Below, piece by piece: positions 30,185 to 39,200 of a DNA stretch of 64,000 nucleotides. The translations under genes and the position numbers were made by a program. Under the pieces are notes generated by a model that had not been told where the DNA came from, did not search any database, and saw only the letters and a program-made list of their open reading frames with translations. Position 1 is the first letter of the stretch. Every line of letters begins with the position of its first letter. Source of the DNA: Planctomycetota bacterium (GTDB taxonomy: Bacteria > Planctomycetota > PLA2 > JAEUHO01); the NCBI GenBank assembly GCA_965222115.1, contig CBDCTJ010000007.1, forward strand, positions 1,932,082-1,996,081, read 5' to 3'.

Positions 30185-30838
30185 CTACTGCCACGTATCG
30201 ATGCGGGCTTCCAAGTGAGGTAGGGCCGTCGCCAAGCGTGTCTTGGCGCGGTGGAGCAATTGCCCCACACTCGATGCACTGATGTTCAATACACGCGCAA
30301 TCGTCTTGTAGTCACAGCCATCCAAGTAGCGCATGGTGAGTAGCAACCGATCCCGATCGGGCAACGCTTGCAGGCCCTCCCGGAGTTCCTGTAGTGCTCT
30401 GCGCTTGTCATCTTCACGCAGTAGACGATCCGCTCGGGTGTGGGTGGATACATCCGGTGCTTCAGACGCGCGCTCCAGGGGAAGCGGCGTTCGCCGGCGA
30501 CGTCGGAGCCACCGAATCACTTCGGTACGGATAATGACCCCCAGGTACGTCGAGAGTCGATACTCGGGTTTGTAGGCCTTGAGCAGTGCCCGTTCGCGGC
30601 GAACAAGTGCCAACAAAACGTCGGCCACGATCTCGTCGGTGTCAACGTCGTCGGCCCGTCCGGAATAGTGTCGCAGCAAGCGGCGCACGAGGGCCCGCAG
30701 CAAAGCGCCATAGCGATCTAGAAAGAGCTCCCACGCACCGCGATCCCCCTCGGCGCACCGTCGCGCGAGCTCGGCTTCGGTTACGTCATCGTTCGACGGG
30801 GGGGTGGGCGGATTCATGATTCTGTTAGGGAACACCAC
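30185..30838 (-). CDS. RNA polymerase sigma-70 factor, ECF subfamily
   Basis: Region 2 (ELFLDRYGALLRALVRRLLRH...DEIVADVLLAL) and region 4 HTH (LTMRYLDGCDYKTIARVLNISASSVGQLLHRAKTRL). Confidence 0.85.
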   Translation of the reverse strand: MVFPNRIMNPPTPPSNDDVTEAELARRCAEGDRGAWELFLDRYGALLRALVRRLLRHYSGRADDVDTDEIVADVLLALVRRERALLKAYKPEYRLSTYLGVIIRTEVIRWLRRRRRTPLPLERASEAPDVSTHTRADRLLREDDKRRALQELREGLQALPDRDRLLLTMRYLDGCDYKTIARVLNISASSVGQLLHRAKTRLATALPHLEARIDTWQ

Positions 30839-30996
30839 CCCCGGTGAGCAGGTTTTGTGCCGATGGATGGAGACGCGCTTTCATGTCCAGCCTACCTGGG
30901 TTCGTCTCGGCCTTCGGAAAGTCCGTTGCCGGTAGAACGTGGCCGCCTTACGCAAACAGGGGGCGCCACCATGCGTAGGATAGCCGTGCACGTAGT

Positions 30997-31860
30997 TTGG
31001 AGGACTCCATGAAACGCGCCCGAGGTACGCCTGCCGTCGGACGGTTCAGCTCTCCCGCTGTTGGAAGCCCGGTAGCCGGCTCCCCTCAGGTCGAACTGCA
31101 GACTGGCGTCAAGCTGTCCGTCGAACTATCCGCAGAGGGATCCGTATTGTCTCCTTCGGGGACTTTGGCGGCCGGCTCGTTGAAGTCCGGCACGCCCGCC
31201 GGTCATTCCGCCACTGCCAATGGCAAGCGCGCGGCTCGCCTCGCCAAGCGGCGTGAAGAGCAGGCGCGGGATGTCGTCATCGTGCGTGCCATTCTTGGGG
31301 GCGACCCCGAAGCGTTTCGGCAACTCGTCGATCGCTACCAGCAACCGCTCTTCTGGATCGCGCGCGACATCCTGTTGGATCGCGATGAGGCCTTGGATGT
31401 CGTGCAGGAGTGTTTCGTACGCGTGCACGCGGCGCTCACGCGCTTCGATCAGAGTCGCAGCTTTAAGAATTGGATATTTCGCATCGCGCGCAACCTCGCC
31501 ATCGACATGTATCGACGACGTCGACGGCGGCCCGGATCGGTGGAAGACCCTGCGGTCTATCAGGACGTTGCACCCGAAGCGGAGCGATCGCAATTGGGGG
31601 GACCGAGTGATGGTCGAGCATCGCTGACGGAGATCAAACAGCGTGTACGCGATGTAATGAATGCGCTCCCGCTTGAATACCGTCTCGCGTTGACGCTACG
31701 TGATTTTCACGGCCTTACGCCCCGCGAAGTCGCACGGGTTACCGATTGCAGCTATGCCACCGCGCGTTGGCGACTCCACCGCGCGCGCGCGTTGTTTCGC
31801 GCGTCTTGGCAAGATCGATTTGGCCATGCGATACCCGCGCCTGCAGGAGGTGTGTCATGA
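30997..31860 (+). CDS. RNA polymerase sigma-70 factor, ECF subfamily (with about 90-aa N-terminal extension)
   Basis: FRQLVDRYQQPLFWIARDILLDRDEALDVVQECFVRVH (region 2) and LTLRDFHGLTPREVARVTDCSYATARWRLHRARALF (region 4). Transcribed divergently from the other ECF sigma gene. Confidence 0.8.
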   Translation: MEDSMKRARGTPAVGRFSSPAVGSPVAGSPQVELQTGVKLSVELSAEGSVLSPSGTLAAGSLKSGTPAGHSATANGKRAARLAKRREEQARDVVIVRAILGGDPEAFRQLVDRYQQPLFWIARDILLDRDEALDVVQECFVRVHAALTRFDQSRSFKNWIFRIARNLAIDMYRRRRRRPGSVEDPAVYQDVAPEAERSQLGGPSDGRASLTEIKQRVRDVMNALPLEYRLALTLRDFHGLTPREVARVTDCSYATARWRLHRARALFRASWQDRFGHAIPAPAGGVS

Positions 31861-32846
31861 GTCCTATGCACCACAGGGATAGCATCCAAGACGAACGGGT
31901 TGTGATTGGCGAAGCAACCGGCGATGTGAACCATGAGGGCGTTGACCAGCAGGTTCGGGCACTTGTAAAGCGAGTAGAGCGCGCATTGGATCTTGGGCAA
32001 GACGTTTCGCCCGACGATGTGGATGCGTTACATACGCTTTCGCCCCTGCTTTGTAGGGCGCCGTCCACGCCGCGGCGCGCGCGGTTGCGTTCACGTTTGG
32101 CCGCGGTGGAAGCGCGGTTGGGGCTTAGGGCGCGCACCGAACCCGCGTCATCGTTTGAAGGTCTATATGAACGCGTGGCCACGCGTGTGGTGGAGGAGTC
32201 GGCCACAAGCGTGGATGCCGCGGGCGAAGCCGTGCGCTGGCGCCGCGCTGCGCTCTCAAACTCATTCTTGGATGCTCCGCGTGCGCTCATGTGGTGGCGC
32301 GTTGCGGCGTGCACCGCTGTGGCGTTGCTTGCGGTGGGGGCGTGGGCTTGGCAAGCGTCGAGCGATGGCGACTCACGCGCAACGATTGCGCGTGGGGATT
32401 CTGATGTTCTGCATCGAAGTCGCGTGATAGCCGACGACGATATGCGTCATGGCCTGCTGACCCTACACCCTTATGGCAACGACGCTGAAAACAACGGCGT
32501 CGAAGATTGGGCAGGAGACGTAGAGCCTGTCACGGACCGGCCCTTGCTCGCGCGACCCGTTCGGTTCGGCGCGAATTCCAATCCGGATCCATCGGAAGGT
32601 ATGTATTCAAGTGCACTCGTTAAATCGCGAAAAGACGGCGTAGAGGCACTTACAGGCCGCCAGATACGGTTTTCCAAACATCCCGGTTCGTCGTCCTACT
32701 CGGTGTGGATTGAATCCGATGCGGGTGAGCCAGAGATCATGTTGTTTGTAGACCGCAATCAGACGATTCGCACTCGCGTGAGGTCACGTAGCGGTTCGCG
32801 CGCTGCCATCCATTCAAGTGGCGAGCGAACCGAAGATCGTAAGTAG
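31857..32846 (+). CDS. Putative anti-sigma factor (single-pass membrane protein)
   Basis: ATGA overlap with the sigma gene stop (start taken at MSPMHHRD, 31857). A central TM (WWRVAACTAVALLAVGAWAW). The position is typical for cognate anti-sigma factors. No recognisable family motif. Confidence 0.45.
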   Translation: MSPMHHRDSIQDERVVIGEATGDVNHEGVDQQVRALVKRVERALDLGQDVSPDDVDALHTLSPLLCRAPSTPRRARLRSRLAAVEARLGLRARTEPASSFEGLYERVATRVVEESATSVDAAGEAVRWRRAALSNSFLDAPRALMWWRVAACTAVALLAVGAWAWQASSDGDSRATIARGDSDVLHRSRVIADDDMRHGLLTLHPYGNDAENNGVEDWAGDVEPVTDRPLLARPVRFGANSNPDPSEGMYSSALVKSRKDGVEALTGRQIRFSKHPGSSSYSVWIESDAGEPEIMLFVDRNQTIRTRVRSRSGSRAAIHSSGERTEDRK

Positions 32847-32855
32847 CAGCGACTC

Positions 32856-34100
32856 ATGAATCCATCGTTTGCATCCATTTCGTCGTTGGCGTTTGTAGCT
32901 GGCGTGCTGGCCTTCATGGGTCCGGCCTATGCCGAGGAACAGGCGGCGCCTGCGTCGAAACAACGCGCCCCCGCCAAGCAAACGAGCCCATCCCCGTCCG
33001 CACCGTCTGCACCTACACCGGCTACATCTACACCCGTTTCGATCGATGTATTGAGGCGCGTAAAGCAAAGTACAGCGCGCGTTGTGTGGCGAGATCGTGT
33101 ACGCCCCGCGGTGGTCACGCGGCGCAATGCAATCGCCATCGATGCCGATCAATACCTTTTGATGGCAGGTCCACCGCCGGAAGTTACGGCGGGCGCCATT
33201 ACCGTGACGCACGCAAATGGACTATCGGGCCGTGCCAGGGTGATTGCAGGCGACACGGAAGCAGCGTTGACACTTTTGCGCCTACCGGGTCATGGACTAC
33301 CTGCAGTTGCGCTTCGAAACGAAACTTCGGCGACGCTGGCGCATCGAGGTGAGCGCGTTGCCATGGTAAATGCCGCTGGCGCGATTGCGCGCGGCGCGCT
33401 GCGATCGTTCGGCACGCGCGTCACGGTGCGTCGAGGGCGTTTCCGTAGCCAGTCGTTGGGACTGTTGGAAGCGGGGCTTGCCACCGTGGCGGATGACGTC
33501 GGCAGTCCGTTTGCGGACGTGAATGGACGGGTTATTGGATTGTTCTTGGCCCATCGCGTGGCCAATACGACGAGTCGTGAAAGGGGCGCAACGCGCACCG
33601 GTGTAACGCTTCGCCCGCATGTCGTTTCGTCGTATGCGATTCCCGCATCGACGATTGCGGTGGTGTGGCCACTGCTTCGCGATCGCGGACGTGTACCGCG
33701 CGCCATACTTGGGTCTCACGTGAAAGCCAGGCCCGCACCTGCCGAGTTGCGTGAGCATCTTTGTGCCGGTTGCCCATCCTTCGTGATTACTCAGGCTGCC
33801 ACGATTGGGCTCGGCAACGACGATGTGTTGCGCTCCAACGATGTCATTGTTTCGTTCAATGATCTTCGGTTGCCCGAGGGGGCTAGCTTGGACGAGGCAC
33901 TGCTTCCCTATCGCCCTGGCGATTCGATTCGTGTGCGCGTGTTGCGCGGCGGAAAACCAACGGAAGTGGTCGTCAAGCTGAAAGAGCGCCGACAGACCGC
34001 CATTTCGATAGGCGGGGGCGGAATTCAGATTCGTCAGCAGGTTCGTTCGAAGGCTCGCTCCGGCGCTGCGGCAAGTACCGAATCGCCCGACGAGCGGTAG
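32856..34100 (+). CDS. HtrA/DegP-like trypsin-fold protein with C-terminal PDZ; catalytic Ser apparently substituted
   Basis: Signal peptide. Trypsin-like core with a His candidate (ITVTHANG) and an Asp candidate (GDTEAALTLLRL), but the Ser motif reads DDVGSPFADVNGRVIGLF instead of GNSGGPLxNxxGxVIGI. PDZ-like C-terminus (VIVSFNDLRLPEGASLDEALLPYRPGDSIRVRVLRGGKPTEV). Confidence 0.55.
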   Translation: MNPSFASISSLAFVAGVLAFMGPAYAEEQAAPASKQRAPAKQTSPSPSAPSAPTPATSTPVSIDVLRRVKQSTARVVWRDRVRPAVVTRRNAIAIDADQYLLMAGPPPEVTAGAITVTHANGLSGRARVIAGDTEAALTLLRLPGHGLPAVALRNETSATLAHRGERVAMVNAAGAIARGALRSFGTRVTVRRGRFRSQSLGLLEAGLATVADDVGSPFADVNGRVIGLFLAHRVANTTSRERGATRTGVTLRPHVVSSYAIPASTIAVVWPLLRDRGRVPRAILGSHVKARPAPAELREHLCAGCPSFVITQAATIGLGNDDVLRSNDVIVSFNDLRLPEGASLDEALLPYRPGDSIRVRVLRGGKPTEVVVKLKERRQTAISIGGGGIQIRQQVRSKARSGAAASTESPDER

Positions 34101-34227
34101 TATCAGGGTTGCCCAATACGGGGACAATGAAGTGTTTTGTTTGTATTGAGCCAAGTATGGTCAAGGGGCCCTGAAATCCCCATTATTTAGCGTCCCACGT
34201 CGATCTCGGGCTGTCTATACCCTCTCG

Positions 34228-36261
34228 ATGCCTACGGATCGACCCCAAGACTCCCGCTTTCCCCGCGATCCCCGCCTAATGGGTCGTGCCGGGGAGCCGC
34301 ACGCAAGAGCCGACGACGCCAACAAATGGATCTTTGAGGCGAATGAATGCCTTGAGATTCCCGAGCAGCGTTCTTCGTGGCGAGATTCGTCTTCGCAGAC
34401 TGGAGAAGACGTAGGAGTTGATCCGAGCCTCGTATCGACATTGCTAGCCGACGAGGCGCTTCGCCGGCTCGTGATCGAGGTGGCTCGCGTGGAATTGGAA
34501 GAGGAATATTCGGCCGGGTCCGATTCGGTGGCTCACGTTGGTGGTCCCACCGCCGATCGACTCGCAGAGAATGGACTCGCAAGCGTTGGTGCGGGGAGCC
34601 CTGGATTGGCGCCCACCATTCGCCAGGCGGCCATTCGTGCCTTTAGTGAGTCGTTGGCTTTTGATGAGTCATCGAATGTTCTAAATGGTGCTGGCTCAAA
34701 TGGTGTCTCGCCTTCGCTCAGGCTCGTAACAGTGTCCAATCGAAAGGCCGAGTCCAATCGAGAGGCCGATGAGAAGCAGTCGTCGGCTGCTGCTTCTGAA
34801 CGTTCTGCGGGGAAGGCCAACACGTCGTTTCCTTGGATCCGCATTGCGGCGTTGGTGTTGGTCGCCGTGGGTACCGCCGCGTTGTGGGTCGGGTCCACGC
34901 CCACGAAAGCCGAGGCGGGGTTGTCGCTCCAACGCATTGGTCGTCTCAGCCATCGTGGTGCGGTGTGGTCCCTTCCCAGCATTGAGCCCGCGCGCATTGC
35001 GCATAAGGGCGAGTCGTTTACGCCTCGTGAAGATGAATGGGTGTCGGTCGGACTCACGCATGAGTCGATGGTGGTCGTCGGCACCGGCGATCGCGTGCGC
35101 GTCGTTCCCGCGGAGGAGGTTTTCGCTTCGTTTGATGTCGACTCGATTGAAGCCAATCGCCACACAAAAGCACTTGGCGCATCGATCCGTCCAGGTCAGG
35201 GCATGCTTCGCTTGGAAGCGGGCGAAGCACGTATTGCGTGCAAGCCCGGTGAACCGGTGGTGTTGGCCATAGGTACCGCTGGTGTGCTCGTCGTGGACTA
35301 CGGCGCGGTCCATGTCGTCTTGGAGAGCGGGCTTGCGCATCCGATTGAGTCGGGACGATCGACGGCACGAATCGCAAGTGATGTGAGCGCGCCTCTCATT
35401 GCGCTCGCGCCTCGCAGTCGCGCCGAGTTTTATCCATCCGGCCGATCGAACACGGACTCGAGCACTGCATCGAGCGAGGTGTCGTCAACAAACGATGCAA
35501 CATATGAGAGTTTTGTTTTGTGCGCCGGCGCGCGCGCATTGGTTGGCGACGGCTTTGTTGAGCCCGTAGGGGCGGCCGATCTTTCGCTGTTTCGTGAGCT
35601 TCGATTCTTCGGCGGTCATGTGCCGCGTCCCTTGGCACAGCCACGTGTTCATCCGCGTCGATTCCGCGTGGGCGGTGTAGTGGCTCGCACGGGACGGCAC
35701 GAAGTCTCTTTAGGCTATCGTCGATCGACGAAGCGCGATAGTGAGCGCAAGCAACCGGAAACCCATGCGGCCTATTACATTGCCCGACTCTCCTATCGGC
35801 CGCCGCCGGCATTGGCGGATGCACAGTCGATTCGTGTAGAACTGCGGGCGCCGAAGGGCGCGGCCGCTTGGCTCTTGCGTGAGCCCATCGCGTTGAAAGA
35901 CCTTCGCGTTCTCAAATCACCGCCTGCGTCGGCGGTAGTGAACGATGCGAATACGGCGTCGCATGAACCGAGCACGGCTCATTTCGAGCTCGCGCTTCCC
36001 CGCGGTTGGTATGCCGCGCTGAACGGTCGCCCACTCGAAATTGCGCTCTGGTTGCCCGTGTCTCGGGCGGTGCAGAATCAAGGATCCGGTACGCCGTCGT
36101 CGCGACCGTCGCGTTTTGGTCGGCTCGGCGTCTTTGACGGCGTAACGTTTGTTCTTGAGGAAGGCGACGGCGTGTACGACACGCCGCGTAACGATTCAAA
36201 TCCTTGCTCCATTCCTTCTGGAAATGAACCTGCTTCCACGACGAAGCGGAGGAATTCATGA
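34228..36261 (+). CDS. FecR-like domain membrane protein (anti-sigma/sensor-like)
   Basis: A TM near aa 200 (WIRIAALVLVAVGTAALWV), followed by a FecR-like beta-rich region (RLEAGEARIACKPGEPVVLAIGTAGVLVVDYGAVHVVLESG). Its stop overlaps the start of the giant gene. Confidence 0.45.
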   Translation: MPTDRPQDSRFPRDPRLMGRAGEPHARADDANKWIFEANECLEIPEQRSSWRDSSSQTGEDVGVDPSLVSTLLADEALRRLVIEVARVELEEEYSAGSDSVAHVGGPTADRLAENGLASVGAGSPGLAPTIRQAAIRAFSESLAFDESSNVLNGAGSNGVSPSLRLVTVSNRKAESNREADEKQSSAAASERSAGKANTSFPWIRIAALVLVAVGTAALWVGSTPTKAEAGLSLQRIGRLSHRGAVWSLPSIEPARIAHKGESFTPREDEWVSVGLTHESMVVVGTGDRVRVVPAEEVFASFDVDSIEANRHTKALGASIRPGQGMLRLEAGEARIACKPGEPVVLAIGTAGVLVVDYGAVHVVLESGLAHPIESGRSTARIASDVSAPLIALAPRSRAEFYPSGRSNTDSSTASSEVSSTNDATYESFVLCAGARALVGDGFVEPVGAADLSLFRELRFFGGHVPRPLAQPRVHPRRFRVGGVVARTGRHEVSLGYRRSTKRDSERKQPETHAAYYIARLSYRPPPALADAQSIRVELRAPKGAAAWLLREPIALKDLRVLKSPPASAVVNDANTASHEPSTAHFELALPRGWYAALNGRPLEIALWLPVSRAVQNQGSGTPSSRPSRFGRLGVFDGVTFVLEEGDGVYDTPRNDSNPCSIPSGNEPASTTKRRNS

Positions 36262-39200
36262 TGCAACGAAATCTTCGAACGCCTGCCGAACACGGCGTGG
36301 CCATGATCATCGTCATCTCCATTTTGGTGACCATGCTGCTCATTGCCGTGCCGTTTGCGATGAGCATGCGCCAAGGTGAAGAGCGCACCGAAGCCGTGGC
36401 CGCTAAGCATCGCGCCATTACGGATGCTCAGGTGTTGAGCGATTTGGTGAAGGCGTTCTTGCAAGGGACGCGTCCCGAGCAAGAGGCCGCGCTGCGCACG
36501 CGTGGGGGCGGGGCGCTCGGCGTTGACGCCGATCCCAATGTGGACTCGCTTGCCGAGATTACGCCCGATGAGCGATTTCGTTCAAAGGCTGCGGAGATCA
36601 TTACCGAGCAGTGGATCACCGATCCCGCCATGGCGGCGCGCGCACAGAGTTTGAAGGCACGTGGGCTCTCGCCCCTTAACGATGATCGTGGTTCGATTTG
36701 GACCGTGCGTGTGCAAGATGCACAGGCGCGCATCAATGTGAATAGCGGCGCCGTATGGTTGCTCGCCAATGTCATGGGTGCGGCCACACTCTCAGAAGAT
36801 GTGGACGGCGGCGCCACCGACATTCCCGTCAGCAACGTTGTGGCACCCCTCGCAGGGTTCCCCGGGTTCCCCAGAGAGAACGGCTTCATTCGCATTGGTC
36901 GTGAGGTCATTAGCTACGAACAGTTCGATGGCTCGGCATTTCGCAATTGCACTCGAAGTGCACTGCAAGATTCACCGCTTGGCGACAATGGTACGGCCGA
37001 AGAGTACGAGCAGGGCACACCGGTCATCGATTACGTGGCCTACAAAGTGGCGACCCATCTTTTTGCAAGCAAGCCTGGCGAAATCAACCGCTTCCGCACG
37101 GTGGAAGAACTCAAGAACATCGCCACCTGGGGTGGTGGCGGCACCATGCTCTCCGATCGCCTTGAACAGTTGGAGCCATTCCTCACAGCCTTTAGCCGGC
37201 GGGAAACTGCCGGGGGCTGGATGGCGGAACAACTCGTCACCAATCAGTTGCCCGAGTCCCTGGAAACGGGTAGCGCCGATGTAGTGAAGGTGCGTGACCT
37301 CGTCAATCCCGCGGGGAACTCGTGGTACGTAAATCCCGGTACGCCCGTACGCATTTCAAATGGCGTGCACACGGCCTACCAGATGGTCGCCAACTTGGGT
37401 GATCTAGACGGCCGTCAACGAGGTCGCCAGTTCGCTTTGGCGGGTACGGTGGGCAGTCTCGGTGGTGACATCACCTTCGAAGGTGGCGAAACGCGCGTCG
37501 CTGCGTTTGCACCCTATCCCATCAACATCAATACGGCGTCGCGGGAAGTCCTGTATGCCGTCATGGCCAACGTGCAGCTATGGCGCGCGAAATCGGACGA
37601 ACAGATTGTCACGCCCAAGTTGGCGTGGATGTTGGCGGAGATGATTGAGCGCGAGCGCAAGGGCGCATTGTCCGTCGATGCCGAGTCCGGCGAGCGCCGC
37701 AGTGGTCCGTTTCGCCATGCTGAGGATTTCGGCCGCTTTCTCGGCAAGCTTGTGGATGCGGGCACGCTCAAGCTCGCACAGCAAGCGGCGCTGTATTTGA
37801 ACGCCACCAATCCACACTGCTCAGAACTGCGTTTTGGTACCGCGCCGTGGAACTATCGCACGTTGGATGTCTATCACGTGGAGACGCGTGTTGCGCTCAA
37901 TAATCGCGTGGGTGAACAGATTGCGGTTGCGGGCACGCGCGAAGTTGTTGAAATCGGTAGCGATAGCACCTGTGTATGGAGCATCGACTCGCAGAGTGAG
38001 TTCGAGCAGCGCTTGGAGCAGGGCCACGGCGCCAAGTGGACCACCACGTTTCCCTACAACGTGACGTTTAAAAATGAGGGATTGGCCCACATTCAGCCCG
38101 GGATTCGCGGGCCGCAGCAGTTTATTCGTGAGATTTATCCAAGCGACGACCGCGAGGAAGACCTCGGGGACGTTCGTATGGAGCCGGCGCGCATGCGTTT
38201 GCCCGGTGCGCAGGTCATCGACAACTTTGATTCGCGTTATTACGCCTACGGCCATTACACCGTGTACGACGGCGTCTATCGCAAGCGCACCAACCAGACG
38301 TTGATGGGTCGTCGCGACAAGGTCGTGCGTCCGTTCAAAATGTCGTTCTGGTGGCGCCCCTATTCCAGCGCCAACTGGACAGCGTTTGATTGCGCGCGCG
38401 AAAAGTTCGAAGATCGTTTTGCGATCTTTGTGACCGACAGCGAAAACGGTGGGCAAGAGCTGGTATTCCGTTGTTGCGCGAGCACGCTTGAGCAGCGCGG
38501 TGCGGAAGTCTATGTTCCCCTGGAGCGCATCGGCTACGAACCCGGTACGTGGTACCACATCGACGTGAGTTGCCGAGGGGAAGATCCCTCCACCATGCAA
38601 CTGCTAGTTGATGGTGTGGATGTTGGTATTCGCCGCTCGTTTACCTATTTGCGATCTTCGATTTCACAATCCGACGAGGAGATCGGCGTGGAGTCCACTG
38701 CGGGTTTCCCACCGCGCGGTGCACTGCGTATTGGCAACGAGATCATTGAGTACGATCTACTTGCAGGCGATACGGGATTTAGTGAGCTACTGCGCGGCGC
38801 ACGCGGCACCACGGCGGGGGATTGGGCCGAGGGCACACCGGTGCACTTGCTTGGCTATTCACTGCCCATTACCGTGGATGTCATGAAGGGTGGCGCCACG
38901 CTCGAGGACGGGCTCGGCAAATGGCGCGCAGTTCGCATTGTGAGCGATGAAGACTCGTTGACGGTCAATGTGGGACCCAATGGCGACATGCCCATTGTGA
39001 TTTTCGGGTATGCCCCCGAGAACACAGAGCCCACGCTTGAGATCACGGGTATGTGGAATTATGACGACACCGAGTGTACCGATGCGTTTCAGTCAGAAGG
39101 ATTTGCGCTCCTCGGTTGCCCCAAGCCAACGTTTTCCGATGGTGTTAATGCAGAAGAAGAGCCGGAGGTCATTCTCGGTGGCCATGAGGTTGTCTACTAC

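Noticed and set aside
31746-31856. N-terminal extension of ORF 31746-32846 (MQLCHRALATPP...)
   Set aside because: It overlaps the sigma gene 3' end in another frame. The ATGA-coupled start at 31857 is far more plausible.
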